NCBI GenBank assembly: GCA_937952265.1
Contig: CALFYW010000055.1
Coordinates: 149,030 to 213,029 of the forward strand
Length of the DNA: 64,000 nucleotides
Source of the DNA: an uncultured bacterium
Lineage (GTDB): Bacteria > Patescibacteriota > Minisyncoccia > Phycocordibacterales > GCA-2401445
Direction of reading: 5' to 3'
Part shown: one piece after another, positions 25,148 through 35,008 of the stretch
Layout of the letters: each line of letters opens with the position of its first letter
Position numbering within the stretch: position 1 is the first letter of the stretch
Made by a program: the position numbers and the translations under genes
The notes under the pieces: generated by a model
Told to the model about the DNA's origin: nothing
The model's input: the letters and a program-made list of their open reading frames with translations, nothing else
Databases searched by the model: none

Positions 25148-28100
25148 TTAATTCTTTTGAGTAAAATCTTCTTTCGTCAACTGCACATCAAGCGCTAAGC
25201 CACGCAAATTGTTCAATAAGATATTGAAGGATGCAGGGGTACGAGGCTCTTCGATTGGAGCGCCTTTAACGATTGAGTCAAATGCTTGTGATCGGCCTAC
25301 AATATCATCCGATTTAATCGTAAGGATTTCGCGTAAAGTGTGGGCGGCACCATAACCAAGCAATGCCCAGACTTCCATTTCTCCAAATCGTTGTCCTCCA
25401 TTCTGTGCCTTTCCTCCAAGTGGCTGTTGGGTGATGAGCGAATAAGGGCCAATTGATCGCATGTGGATCTTATCTTCAACCATGTGGTGCAATTTCAGGA
25501 TGTACATGTATCCAATTGCGCTTTTTTGTTCAAAAGGAACCCCCGTTCTTCCGTCTAGGAGTTGGACCTTTCCGTCTTCTGGAAATCCCGCTTTCTTTAA
25601 CTCCTCTTTTATTTCCTCATCAGTTGCACCCGCAAACGGAGGCACGATCGCCTGGTAATTAAGGGTGTGAGCCGCAAGACCCAAGTGCATTTCAAGAATT
25701 TGCCCGAGGTTCATTCGAGAAGGAACACCAAGCGGAGTAAGGATCACGTCGATAGGAGTTCCGTCTGCCATATACGGCATATCTTCTTCTGGAAGGATTT
25801 TTGAAATAACGCCCTTGTTTCCGTGTCGCCCGGCGAGTTTGTCACCGACTGAGATATTTCGGAGTTGAGCAACCGTGATGTAGATGCGCTTTATGACTCC
25901 TGAATCAAGCGAGTCTCCGTGTTCACGGGAGAATATTTTTACCCCAATCACGCGTCCTTCTTTTCCGTTTGGCATGCGAAGTGACGTGTCTTTAACATCA
26001 CGAGCTTTTTCACCGAAAATAGAGCGCAATAGGCGTTCTTCCGGAGTAAGTTGTGTTTCCCCTTTTGGAGTAATTTTTCCTACTAAAATATCTCCGGCAC
26101 GTACTTCGGATCCAATGCGCACGACACCCTCTTCATCCAAGTTCTTGAGTTTTAACTCGCCAATATTCGGAATATCGTGTGTGGTTACTTCAGGGCCAAG
26201 TTTGGTATCATGCACATCAACACTAAACTCATCGATATGGATGTTTGCAAATTTGTTATTTTTAACTAATCGATCTGAAATGATGATCGCATCTTCGTAG
26301 TTAGACCCTGACCATGACATAAAGGCAACCAACACATTCTGACCAAGCGCTATTTCACCTCGATCGCTTGAAGACGTATCGGCAATAACTGTTCCCTTCT
26401 TTACCTTGTCATTGAGCGACACAATAGGTCGCTGGTGGAAAGAAGTAAAACCGTTTGTCCTGGTAAAGGTAACCATAGGGTAGTGTACTTCTTTACCCTT
26501 GGTATTTTTTATACTAATTCCTCGGGCATCAACTTTAGAGACAGTCCCTTCTTCTGTAGCAACAATGACACGTCCCGTATCAATAGCCGCGTCAGCCTCT
26601 ATCCCTGTTGCAACGAGTGGTTTTTCTGGGATAAGACATGGTGTGGCCTGTTTTTGCATGTTTGAACCCATGAGCGCGCGGTTCGCATCATCATGATTCA
26701 AGAAAGGAATCATTGATGTTGCGACTGAAAATGCCTGATTAGGAGCGACATCAATGAAATCAACCTCATTCTTTGATACGAATGCGCGGTCTCCCTTTGT
26801 TCGAACTTCAACCTGATCCTCAAGGATTTTTCCGTTCCCATCTCGTTCAATCGCTGAGTGCGCAATTGCGTACTGCTCTTCTTCCAAAGCATTTAAATAG
26901 ACAATTTCATTGGTGATATTTCCTGATTTAACTCGAGCATACGGCGTTTCAATAATTCCGAAATCATTAATGCGCGCGTAGATAGAGAGGTGAAGGATAA
27001 GCCCGATGTTCGGACCTTCAGGAGTGTGAGTAGGACACACTCGACCGTAGTGAGAAGGGTGTACGTCGCGCACCTCAATTCCCGCCCGTTCTCTCTCAAG
27101 ACCTCCCGGACCAAGAGCAGAAAATGTTCGGAGGTGTTCAACCTCTGCCAAGATATTTTCTTGGTTCATGAATTGCGAGAGTTGGTTCGTGGTGAAGAAT
27201 TCTTTAATACGCGCTTGAAGCGGACGAGGGTTTATAAACTGAACCGGAAGCGTTGCGTCGACATCGATCGTAGACATTCGGTCTTGAATGTTTCGCTTCA
27301 TATGAGACATTCCTACTCGGAATTTCTGCTGCATCATCTCTCCCATATAGCGAACTCGGCGTGATCCCAAGTGATCAATGTCATCAGGCATTGATTTTGG
27401 ATCTTTAGCCAGTACCGTAATATGTTTAATAATACTCAATACATCCTCAAGAGAAATAGTGCGGCGTTCGAGCTCTTCTTTTTCAAGACTTTTCTCAAAC
27501 CGTTTGTTAAAGCGAAAACGTCCTACATTAGAAAGGTCATAACGTTCCGGACCAAGAATCGACTGAATGAACTCTTTCGCGTTTTCAGGAGTTGCCAAAT
27601 CTCCGTCACGAAGGCGCTTGTGAATCTCTACGTATGCGTCACTCACGGTCTTTGCGGGATCTTTCGCGAGAGTTTCTTTAAGAACTGTAGCCACCTCTTC
27701 ATCTTTTTTGCCCAATGCAAGAATTGCCTCATCGGTTTCAGCGCCGAGGACTCTTAAAAGTGAAGTGATAGGAAACTTTCGTTTTCGGTCGATTCGAACA
27801 TGCAGTGTCGCGTCGGTATCTGATTCAATTTCAATCCACGCTCCTCGCGAAGGGATAATTTTTGCTCCAAAACAGCGTTTTCCTCGAAGTTCCTGCAAGG
27901 TAAAGGAAACACCAAATGAGCGGATAAGTTGCGGCACAATCACGCGCTCTACCCCGTTGATGATAAAGGTGCCATGCGGAGTCATGAGTGGAAAATCAGC
28001 TAAAAAGATTTTCTGGCTCTTTCGGGTACCTCGAGTTTTATTGTAAAGAGATATCTCCGCTTTTAACGGAATTTCATAGGTAAGCTTATTTGCTTTCGCG

Positions 28101-28321
28101 TAATGTTCATCGTATTTGGGCTCATCAAGCTCAAAATTTTTAAAAGAAAGTTCAAATTTTTTCCCCGCATAGTCAGTAATAGGAGAAAATTCTTTGAAGA
28201 TTTCACCGAGCCCTGTTTTTAAGAGGAGTTCGAAAGATTTTGTTTGGTTTTCAACCAAATCTGGAAGCGCGGTCAATGGCGGTTTAAAGTGTTTGAAATA
28301 CTTTTTTTCTGTTTTTATCAT
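25148..28321 (-). CDS. rpoB: RNA polymerase beta subunit
   Basis: GTFIINGVERV, RDVHPSHYGR, GDKLAGRHGNKG, GGQRFGEME. ATG at 28321. Confidence 0.99.
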   Translation of the reverse strand: MIKTEKKYFKHFKPPLTALPDLVENQTKSFELLLKTGLGEIFKEFSPITDYAGKKFELSFKNFELDEPKYDEHYAKANKLTYEIPLKAEISLYNKTRGTRKSQKIFLADFPLMTPHGTFIINGVERVIVPQLIRSFGVSFTLQELRGKRCFGAKIIPSRGAWIEIESDTDATLHVRIDRKRKFPITSLLRVLGAETDEAILALGKKDEEVATVLKETLAKDPAKTVSDAYVEIHKRLRDGDLATPENAKEFIQSILGPERYDLSNVGRFRFNKRFEKSLEKEELERRTISLEDVLSIIKHITVLAKDPKSMPDDIDHLGSRRVRYMGEMMQQKFRVGMSHMKRNIQDRMSTIDVDATLPVQFINPRPLQARIKEFFTTNQLSQFMNQENILAEVEHLRTFSALGPGGLERERAGIEVRDVHPSHYGRVCPTHTPEGPNIGLILHLSIYARINDFGIIETPYARVKSGNITNEIVYLNALEEEQYAIAHSAIERDGNGKILEDQVEVRTKGDRAFVSKNEVDFIDVAPNQAFSVATSMIPFLNHDDANRALMGSNMQKQATPCLIPEKPLVATGIEADAAIDTGRVIVATEEGTVSKVDARGISIKNTKGKEVHYPMVTFTRTNGFTSFHQRPIVSLNDKVKKGTVIADTSSSDRGEIALGQNVLVAFMSWSGSNYEDAIIISDRLVKNNKFANIHIDEFSVDVHDTKLGPEVTTHDIPNIGELKLKNLDEEGVVRIGSEVRAGDILVGKITPKGETQLTPEERLLRSIFGEKARDVKDTSLRMPNGKEGRVIGVKIFSREHGDSLDSGVIKRIYITVAQLRNISVGDKLAGRHGNKGVISKILPEEDMPYMADGTPIDVILTPLGVPSRMNLGQILEMHLGLAAHTLNYQAIVPPFAGATDEEIKEELKKAGFPEDGKVQLLDGRTGVPFEQKSAIGYMYILKLHHMVEDKIHMRSIGPYSLITQQPLGGKAQNGGQRFGEMEVWALLGYGAAHTLREILTIKSDDIVGRSQAFDSIVKGAPIEEPRTPASFNILLNNLRGLALDVQLTKEDFTQKN

Positions 28322-28506
28322 AAATTTAAGTTTTAAATTAAATGATGCAATTTTGCCCAAACACAGAGAAAAAATGCCTTTTTAGCGAAGAGGCATTTTC
28401 TGGAGGCGTTTAGTTAGCATTGCTGCAACAACATTATGATTTATTAAAAAAGACACTAACGCCTGCGTTATTCCACCACAACTCAATCTTTCCCCAGACG
28501 GGGGAA

Positions 28507-28534
28507 AGTATACACGTCAGTAAATAATTGTCAA
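28507..28534 (-). promoter_or_regulatory. Sigma-70 promoter of rpoBC
   Basis: TTGACA (28534-28529)-16 nt-TATACT (28512-28507) on the minus strand. Confidence 0.6.
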
Positions 28535-28569
28535 GATATACCTGTGGATAATGGATAACAAAGGTTCTT

Positions 28570-29223
28570 TTATTTTCTACTTTTTTTATGTTTTATGCGC
28601 CAGGATTCGATATCCTTATGATTTCCAGAACGAAGTATTTTAGGGACTCGGTACTTTTTTCCTTCAAAGACGAGTGTCTCAGGCCTGGTATATACGTCAG
28701 CTGAGGCAGTGCGATTCTCCTCAAGCGAAAGAGGATTTCCTAATACGCCAGGTATTTGGCGAACTATTGCATCGACAATTACAAGTGAGGGTACCTCACC
28801 GCCGGTAAGCGTGTACGGGCCAATAGAGATTTCTTGCGCGCGCAGTGCTTTACGGACTCGCGCGTCAATGCCTTCATAATGCCCCGCGATTAAAATAATA
28901 TGAGAGTGTAATTTTGCAAATTTCTTGGCGTGAGTTCGATTGAACTCAATACCTTGTGGCGCGGTAATGAGCACTTTTGCTTTTGAATATTTTTTCTTTA
29001 TTTTCTTGACCACACTAAGGATGGGCCCTGCTTTTAATACCATCCCAGGGCCTCCACCATAGGGCTTATCATCCGCTTTCCGATGTATATCAGTAGTGAA
29101 ATCACGTGGGTTGTATACTACCACTCGAATTTTTTTCTGTTTTTGGGCACGCAAAAGCATTGAGGTAGTAAGATACGGAGTCACAACCTCTGGGAATAGC
29201 GTAATAATATGAAAAGTAATCAT
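28570..29223 (-). CDS. trmD: tRNA (guanine37-N1)-methyltransferase
   Basis: DDKPYGGGPGMV, GHYEGIDAR, SIGPYTLTGGE, YTRP. Confidence 0.96.
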   Translation of the reverse strand: MITFHIITLFPEVVTPYLTTSMLLRAQKQKKIRVVVYNPRDFTTDIHRKADDKPYGGGPGMVLKAGPILSVVKKIKKKYSKAKVLITAPQGIEFNRTHAKKFAKLHSHIILIAGHYEGIDARVRKALRAQEISIGPYTLTGGEVPSLVIVDAIVRQIPGVLGNPLSLEENRTASADVYTRPETLVFEGKKYRVPKILRSGNHKDIESWRIKHKKSRK

Positions 29224-29291
29224 ATTCAAATAAAAAATCTGTAGTATGTTTATACCACAGATTTTCTATTTTGTCATTTTATGGAGATACG

Positions 29292-29615
29292 CTAGATTTT
29301 GAGGTCATCCATTGCTTCATCAACACTCTTGCTTGCATGAGAAGTGCTTGCATGGCGTGTTCCTCCTGCAGGCTCATTGATCTTGAGGTTAACTCGAGCG
29401 TTATTCTTCATACCTACTACTCGTAGCAAGGTGCGGATTGCTTTTGCGGTATTTCCTGAACGCCCAATGATTTTTCCCATGTCCTCAGGATTTACATCAA
29501 GCGTGATCAAGACTCCCATTTCATCGACAACACGATTAATCTTTACTTCGTCCGGGTGGTCAACAAGTGACTTTACCACATACTCAAGAAACACACTGTC
29601 CTGTTCTTTTTCCAT
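29292..29615 (-). CDS. khpA: KH-domain RNA-binding protein KhpA
   Basis: LVDHPDEV, DMGKIIGRSGNTAKAIRTLL; lies between rpsP and trmD. Confidence 0.92.
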   Translation of the reverse strand: MEKEQDSVFLEYVVKSLVDHPDEVKINRVVDEMGVLITLDVNPEDMGKIIGRSGNTAKAIRTLLRVVGMKNNARVNLKINEPAGGTRHASTSHASKSVDEAMDDLKI

Positions 29616-29720
29616 GATTTGCGTAGAATTACACTAAGAAATAAATCGGACACAGACATTGACCTTTTCTGCCGTTCCGTAACTATATACTATAACGACC
29701 AAGAAAGATCAGTCAATAAT

Positions 29721-30143
29721 TTATTGGGGATTCTCTACTGGCTTCTCTTCCTTTTTTACTTCTTCTTTTTGCTCACTTTCTGTAGCAGATGCGTCCTCCG
29801 TTTTAGGCGCTTCTGCTTCAGTAGCAGGGGCACTGTCATTCTTTTCTTCTTCAGCACCCTCTTTCTTTATAGGGGTTTTTCTTGGTAGCACGTTTTTCTT
29901 TTTTCCAGAAATAACTTTTTCACTTACTAAGATATTATGAAGCGTATCTGATGTTTGGGCTCCTTTTTCGATTAGTGACAAGATTCGCTCTTTATTGAGT
30001 GTTTGTTTTCCACTACGCGCATCGTAGGAACCAAGAACTTCGAGAAATTTTCCGCTCTTTGGGCCGTTGTGTGAGTCAGTTAAAACCACCCGAAATGAAG
30101 GGTCGTGCTTTCTTCCAACACGTTGTAGTCTGATTTTTAGCAT
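29721..30143 (-). CDS. rpsP: 30S ribosomal protein S16 with acidic C-terminal tail
   Basis: MLKIRLQRVGRKHDPSFRVVLTDS...GKFLEVLGSYD. Confidence 0.96.
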   Translation of the reverse strand: MLKIRLQRVGRKHDPSFRVVLTDSHNGPKSGKFLEVLGSYDARSGKQTLNKERILSLIEKGAQTSDTLHNILVSEKVISGKKKNVLPRKTPIKKEGAEEEKNDSAPATEAEAPKTEDASATESEQKEEVKKEEKPVENPQ

Positions 30144-30200
30144 GCGGACATAGTAGCAGAATACTTGTTATCGGTCAATAAATGCCGTATTGTCTTAATT

Positions 30201-32147
30201 ATGAAGAGAAAGCGTACATCAAAGCCAAACTCACGGGTTGTTACGGGTACTATCTGGATCAGTCGTCGTGGGGTTGGCTTCTTAAAAGATCCACAGGGTG
30301 GAGAGGATATTCTCATTGAGCGAGATATGCTTACCACCGCATTTCCGGGAGACGAGGTGCGAGTGGCATTGCTTCCCCATCGTGATGGAAAACGGGGTGA
30401 GGTACTCGAGGTGCTTCGTCGGGCGCGGACCTCATTTGTCGGAACCTTAGTAAAAAAGGAAGGAGGGATCGTTCTCATCCCTGATAATCAAAAAATACAG
30501 ACACACTTTATTCTTGAGCCTTTGGGAAATCAGGCTGAGGTAGGCGATAAAGTATTTATTCGTTTTATTTCTTGGAAAGAAAATGCCCGCTACCCTCTTG
30601 GAAAAATAGAAGGAGTTTTAGGAAAATCAGGAGAACATAATACAGAAATGAACTCAATCCTACTGGATCGTGGATTTAAGGCGGAGTTTTCATCTGAAGT
30701 AGAAAAAGAAGCCAGTCGTATCGTGGAGAAAGAAGATAGAGAAGAGATGAATCAGAGGCGAGACTTTCGAGATGTACCCACATTTACCATTGATCCGGAG
30801 AATGCCAAAGATTTTGATGATGCGCTTTCTTTTCGAAAAATAGCAGAAGATCGATTTGAGCTCGGCGTACATATTGCGGATGTGTCGCACTATGTCTCTC
30901 CTGAATCCCTCCTTGATCAAGAAGCCCGAGAGCGAGGGTTTAGCGTGTACTTAGTTGACCGCACCATCCCTATGCTTCCAGAAGCACTGTCGAATAATCT
31001 CGCGAGTCTTTCCCCTAACGAAGAAAAACGAGCCTTTTCAGCAGTGTTTGAAATAGGAATAAATGGAGAGGTATATAATGAGTGGTTTGGTAAAACTCGT
31101 ATTATTTCAAGAAAGAGGTTTACCTACGAGGAAGCGCAAGAGGTTATTAATAACCATGAAGGGTCTCATGCGAATGAACTGATGCTTCTAACAAAGATCA
31201 CGAGCGCCTTGCGAAAGAAGCGTTTCTTCGAAGGTGCTATTAATTTTCAAGAGAATGATATTTCAATATCACTCGATGCTTCAGGTAAACCCGTCGATAT
31301 TAAACGAAAACCTCATCTCGGTACTCACGAACTTATTGAGGAATGCATGCTTCTTGCAAATCGGCGCGTTGCGCATTTCTTCTTTCATCATGTACAAAGA
31401 AAGACAAAAGAGAAGTCGCTCCCGCCCCCCTTTATTTACCGAATCCACGATGAACCTGATTATGAAAAATTAACCGTGCTTTTTGAATTCCTTAAAACGC
31501 TCAATCTTCCTCTTCCAAAATTCAACAAGCGTGTGAGTGCAAAAGAGATAAATGCCGTATTGCAGGCTATTGAAGGGCACGCCACTGAATCTTTGGTAAA
31601 AAATGCCACGGTTCGGTCGATGGCAAAAGCCCTTTATACCACTAAAAATATTGGTCATTTTGGGCTTGCGTTTAAATATTACACGCACTTCACCTCCCCT
31701 ATTCGACGGTACCCCGATCTTTTGGTACATCGACTTCTCTTCTCCGCGCTTCAAGGGAAACCTATTGGAGCAGACGAAATCGATGCGTATGAGGGGTATG
31801 CTCGTGAAGCATCAGGGAAAGAAGTTCGAGCCGCGGACGCTGAGCGGGCCTCAATCAAATACAAACAAGTGGAATATATGGAGGCTAAAAAGGGTGAGAT
31901 ATTTAACGGGATCATCTCTGGAGTTACTGAATGGGGACTTTATGTTGAAGAAAAAGAAAGTCGATCTGAGGGGATGGTGCATATCAGCACCTTGCCGGGC
32001 AATGATTTCTACCATTTTAATGAAAAGACTTACAGTCTGGTTGGAGAAAAAAGCAAGCGCACCTTTACCTTAGGAGACGAGGTTCGAGTATCAGTTGTAG
32101 GAACCGATTTGGCACAACGAACCATTTCTTATGAATTAGTGGTATAG
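30201..32147 (+). CDS. rnr: Ribonuclease R (RNB family)
   Basis: FTIDPENAKDFDDA, HIADVSHYV, YTHFTSPIRRYPDL, C-terminal S1 domain. Confidence 0.94.
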   Translation: MKRKRTSKPNSRVVTGTIWISRRGVGFLKDPQGGEDILIERDMLTTAFPGDEVRVALLPHRDGKRGEVLEVLRRARTSFVGTLVKKEGGIVLIPDNQKIQTHFILEPLGNQAEVGDKVFIRFISWKENARYPLGKIEGVLGKSGEHNTEMNSILLDRGFKAEFSSEVEKEASRIVEKEDREEMNQRRDFRDVPTFTIDPENAKDFDDALSFRKIAEDRFELGVHIADVSHYVSPESLLDQEARERGFSVYLVDRTIPMLPEALSNNLASLSPNEEKRAFSAVFEIGINGEVYNEWFGKTRIISRKRFTYEEAQEVINNHEGSHANELMLLTKITSALRKKRFFEGAINFQENDISISLDASGKPVDIKRKPHLGTHELIEECMLLANRRVAHFFFHHVQRKTKEKSLPPPFIYRIHDEPDYEKLTVLFEFLKTLNLPLPKFNKRVSAKEINAVLQAIEGHATESLVKNATVRSMAKALYTTKNIGHFGLAFKYYTHFTSPIRRYPDLLVHRLLFSALQGKPIGADEIDAYEGYAREASGKEVRAADAERASIKYKQVEYMEAKKGEIFNGIISGVTEWGLYVEEKESRSEGMVHISTLPGNDFYHFNEKTYSLVGEKSKRTFTLGDEVRVSVVGTDLAQRTISYELVV

Positions 32148-32151
32148 AAAA

Positions 32152-32186
32152 ACCGCTTCTCTCGTTGTAAATAGAGAGAAGCGGTG
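32152..32186. terminator. Hairpin between convergent rnr and the hypothetical gene
   Basis: ACCGCTTCTCTC...GAGAGAAGCGGT inverted repeat. Confidence 0.65.
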
Positions 32187-32210
32187 TGCTGGTTGTCTGG
32201 TGGGAGGAAA

Positions 32211-32666
32211 CTAGTATCTCCTCGAAAGGAAATAACGAGCCGCGACTACCCATAGCATGGTTTGATACCGGTGTGGGAGACGTGATCGCAACCCAAAGTA
32301 CCCGCATTTCTCAAGCTCGTCATCTTCGCAGACCTCATCAAGCCAATAAATGGCAACGTGAAAGTCCTGACCCGTAACAAACCTGAGAATACAGAATGTA
32401 TCCACATTCTTAGGATCATTCGCACTTGATGTATCAAAAGATTCGTACCACGGTCGCCAAATGAGCGAGCGTGCCCACAAGTTCTCGAAGAGCTTGATAC
32501 CATTTAAAACCTCTTGTTCTAAGGCATCAAGCTCATCGGTGGTTCCGATCCGTGACAATGAGGGAACCTGGCTTCGAGTCTCTTGAAATTCTTGTAGAAG
32601 ATCTTCTTCCCATTCGACAGAGGATGATTTCCTTCTCTTAAAATCTGAAATACGAGCCGTTATCAT
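32211..32666 (-). CDS. Hypothetical protein
   Basis: 151 aa ORF with SD-like AAAGGA and an upstream TGATATAAT -10 at about 32705-32713. Confidence 0.55.
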   Translation of the reverse strand: MITARISDFKRRKSSSVEWEEDLLQEFQETRSQVPSLSRIGTTDELDALEQEVLNGIKLFENLWARSLIWRPWYESFDTSSANDPKNVDTFCILRFVTGQDFHVAIYWLDEVCEDDELEKCGYFGLRSRLPHRYQTMLWVVAARYFLSRRY

Positions 32667-32746
32667 TCAATATCCTTTGGTTAGAATTTTTCTGTTTCTA
32701 GGATGCATTATATCACGCTTTTCTAAAAACGCAAGTGCGCTTTCCC

Positions 32747-34999
32747 CTATTTTGCCACCTGTACCGCCTCATCAAATTTCACCGAGAGTAGTCGTGAGGT
32801 TCCGTCAGATCCCATCGTTACACCGTATAACACTCCTGCTCGACTCATGGTCTCACGATTATGAGTAATTAAAATAAGTTGCGAGTCTTTTGAAAGGTTC
32901 TCAACCATATCTCCATATTTTTTTGAATTGGCCTCATCAAGCGCGGCATCGGTCTCATCGAGAATAATGAATGGCGGAGGATTGACTTGAGAGATCGCAA
33001 AAAGGAGGGCGATTGAGGTGAGTGCTCGCTCACCTCCCGAGAGCATCATTAATCCCTTTGTTTTCTTATGAGGAAGGGAAACATTCACTTCAATTCCTTG
33101 TTCTTGCTCAGGTTCTTCATCAAAGCTATTTCCTGATTTCTCTTCGAGATCTTGAAGTAACCCAGCTGATTTCTTCACTCGCTTCTCGGTGGCTTCAACT
33201 CGAATACCTGCATTTCCTCCTCCAAACATTAAGGTAAAGAATTTCTGAAACTCAGTATTTATTTTTAAGATTCCTTGTTTAAATTCTCGGTCAAGTTCTT
33301 CTTCTAAATCCTTGATAATTTTTTCAAGTGTTTCTCGGGCTTGGGTCAAATCAGTAATTTCTTTCTCAAAGAAGGCATCTCGTTCAGTAGCGTTTTGGTA
33401 CTCTTTTAGTGTCTCATCAATACCTCCCGTTCCAAGGTCTTCAAGTTTAATTTTGATACGCTCGATCTCTTTTCGTCGAATTTCTTGCTTTTCTCGAGCT
33501 TCATCTAAAGCGCCCTCCGGAGTTGGGGTTTGTTCATAGCTGAAAACCGCGCGTCCAATCAATATCGCTCCTTCCCGCTCCTCTTCTTCAAAACTCGTCT
33601 TTAACCGCACCAGGGTTTCTTTGCGCTGGTTTAGCCTTGCTTGTTTTAGCATCAGTTCATTTCGAGCCTCCAGTGTCTGTAGAAGTCCTTGTTCAATTTC
33701 CTCTACGCCTGATCCTTGGTTTTTGATGAGAGTCTCTATTTCTTGTCGTTCTTTTTCCAAATGACCCTCTTTTTCTTTTATCGATAACAGCTTATTTTCA
33801 ACCTCGCTCTTTTTTTCAAGCAACCCCTTCTTTTCTTCCTCGTGCTTTAATTGAGCACTCTGTGGATTATCCGTAAGATACATGCCGTGGAAATCTCTGA
33901 TCACTTCAGAAACACGGAGTAATATTTTTTTTATGATGGAAACATCTTCTTCCGTAAGCGCCTCTTGTATCTGCTCACCTATGTCTTTGTTGAATTTCTC
34001 AACCTGTTTTTGAGGAACGCTACCCATATGACTCTTGCTTTCTCCTTTTTCGTATACCTGAAACATTCCTTCGATCTTCCCAAGCTCACGTTCTGCTTCA
34101 TTTTTTTCGCGCGCAAGAAGAGAGAGCGCGTCATTTATTTCTGAAATTTTTTCAGAGCGTGCTTTTTCTAAAGAATTCCTCTCTCCGTGATTTATTTTCT
34201 CTCGAATCGCATTAACCTGCCCTTCAATACGATCGAGAGATTCTTTAAGTGGTCCTTCTTCATTTTTTATACTCTCTTCTTCGTGGGAAATAAATGCCTG
34301 TTCTCGGACCAGGTATTCTTTTAACAGGTCAGAGAGTGTCTTGCGAAGTTCTTCCGCCTTATGGATCTTATCCACCTGTTTTTTTAAATACTTAATATGG
34401 GGAGCAATTTCTCTTCGTAGAGACGCAATTGACTCGATATTCTCTTCCGTCTTTGAAAGTTTCCTCTCGCTTTCTTTGCGTTTATATTGGTAGATTTTTA
34501 GTCCGAGCGCGTCCTCGATCATTTCTCGCCGCTCTTTATTATTCGCATTTAAAATTCTGTCTGCTTCACCTTGAGAAATAATATGGTGTCCCGAAGCTCC
34601 AATATGCGCACCAGCAAGGAGCTCTCCAATATCACGCAGGCGCACTGAGCTTCCATTTATAAAATATTCATTAATACCGTCTCGATGCACGATTCGTTCA
34701 AACGTAACCTCATCAAAATCAAGGTTCAAAAGGCGCGATTGGTTATTAAAGGTAAGCTTTACACTTGCCCGATTTGCTCGAGGCTCAATTCGAGATCCAT
34801 TAAAAATGAGGTCTTCTCCTTTTTTTCCACGAAGTGTTTTGATCGACTGTTCTCCAAGCGCAAACCGAAACGCTTCCGCAACATTCGATTTTCCTGAACC
34901 ATTAGGCCCCACAATCGCGGTAATTGAAGTACTAAATGAAAGTACAGTCTTTTTTGCAAACGATTTAAAACCTGAAATAGTAAGCTCCTTCAAGTACAT
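32747..34999 (-). CDS. smc: Short SMC-family chromosome segregation ATPase
   Basis: GFKSF, GPNGSGKSN, ISQG, LSGGE, LDETDAALD and ITHN motifs with coiled coils; about 750 aa. Confidence 0.92.
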   Translation of the reverse strand: MYLKELTISGFKSFAKKTVLSFSTSITAIVGPNGSGKSNVAEAFRFALGEQSIKTLRGKKGEDLIFNGSRIEPRANRASVKLTFNNQSRLLNLDFDEVTFERIVHRDGINEYFINGSSVRLRDIGELLAGAHIGASGHHIISQGEADRILNANNKERREMIEDALGLKIYQYKRKESERKLSKTEENIESIASLRREIAPHIKYLKKQVDKIHKAEELRKTLSDLLKEYLVREQAFISHEEESIKNEEGPLKESLDRIEGQVNAIREKINHGERNSLEKARSEKISEINDALSLLAREKNEAERELGKIEGMFQVYEKGESKSHMGSVPQKQVEKFNKDIGEQIQEALTEEDVSIIKKILLRVSEVIRDFHGMYLTDNPQSAQLKHEEEKKGLLEKKSEVENKLLSIKEKEGHLEKERQEIETLIKNQGSGVEEIEQGLLQTLEARNELMLKQARLNQRKETLVRLKTSFEEEEREGAILIGRAVFSYEQTPTPEGALDEAREKQEIRRKEIERIKIKLEDLGTGGIDETLKEYQNATERDAFFEKEITDLTQARETLEKIIKDLEEELDREFKQGILKINTEFQKFFTLMFGGGNAGIRVEATEKRVKKSAGLLQDLEEKSGNSFDEEPEQEQGIEVNVSLPHKKTKGLMMLSGGERALTSIALLFAISQVNPPPFIILDETDAALDEANSKKYGDMVENLSKDSQLILITHNRETMSRAGVLYGVTMGSDGTSRLLSVKFDEAVQVAK

Positions 35000-35008
35000 A
35001 CGAATCAA

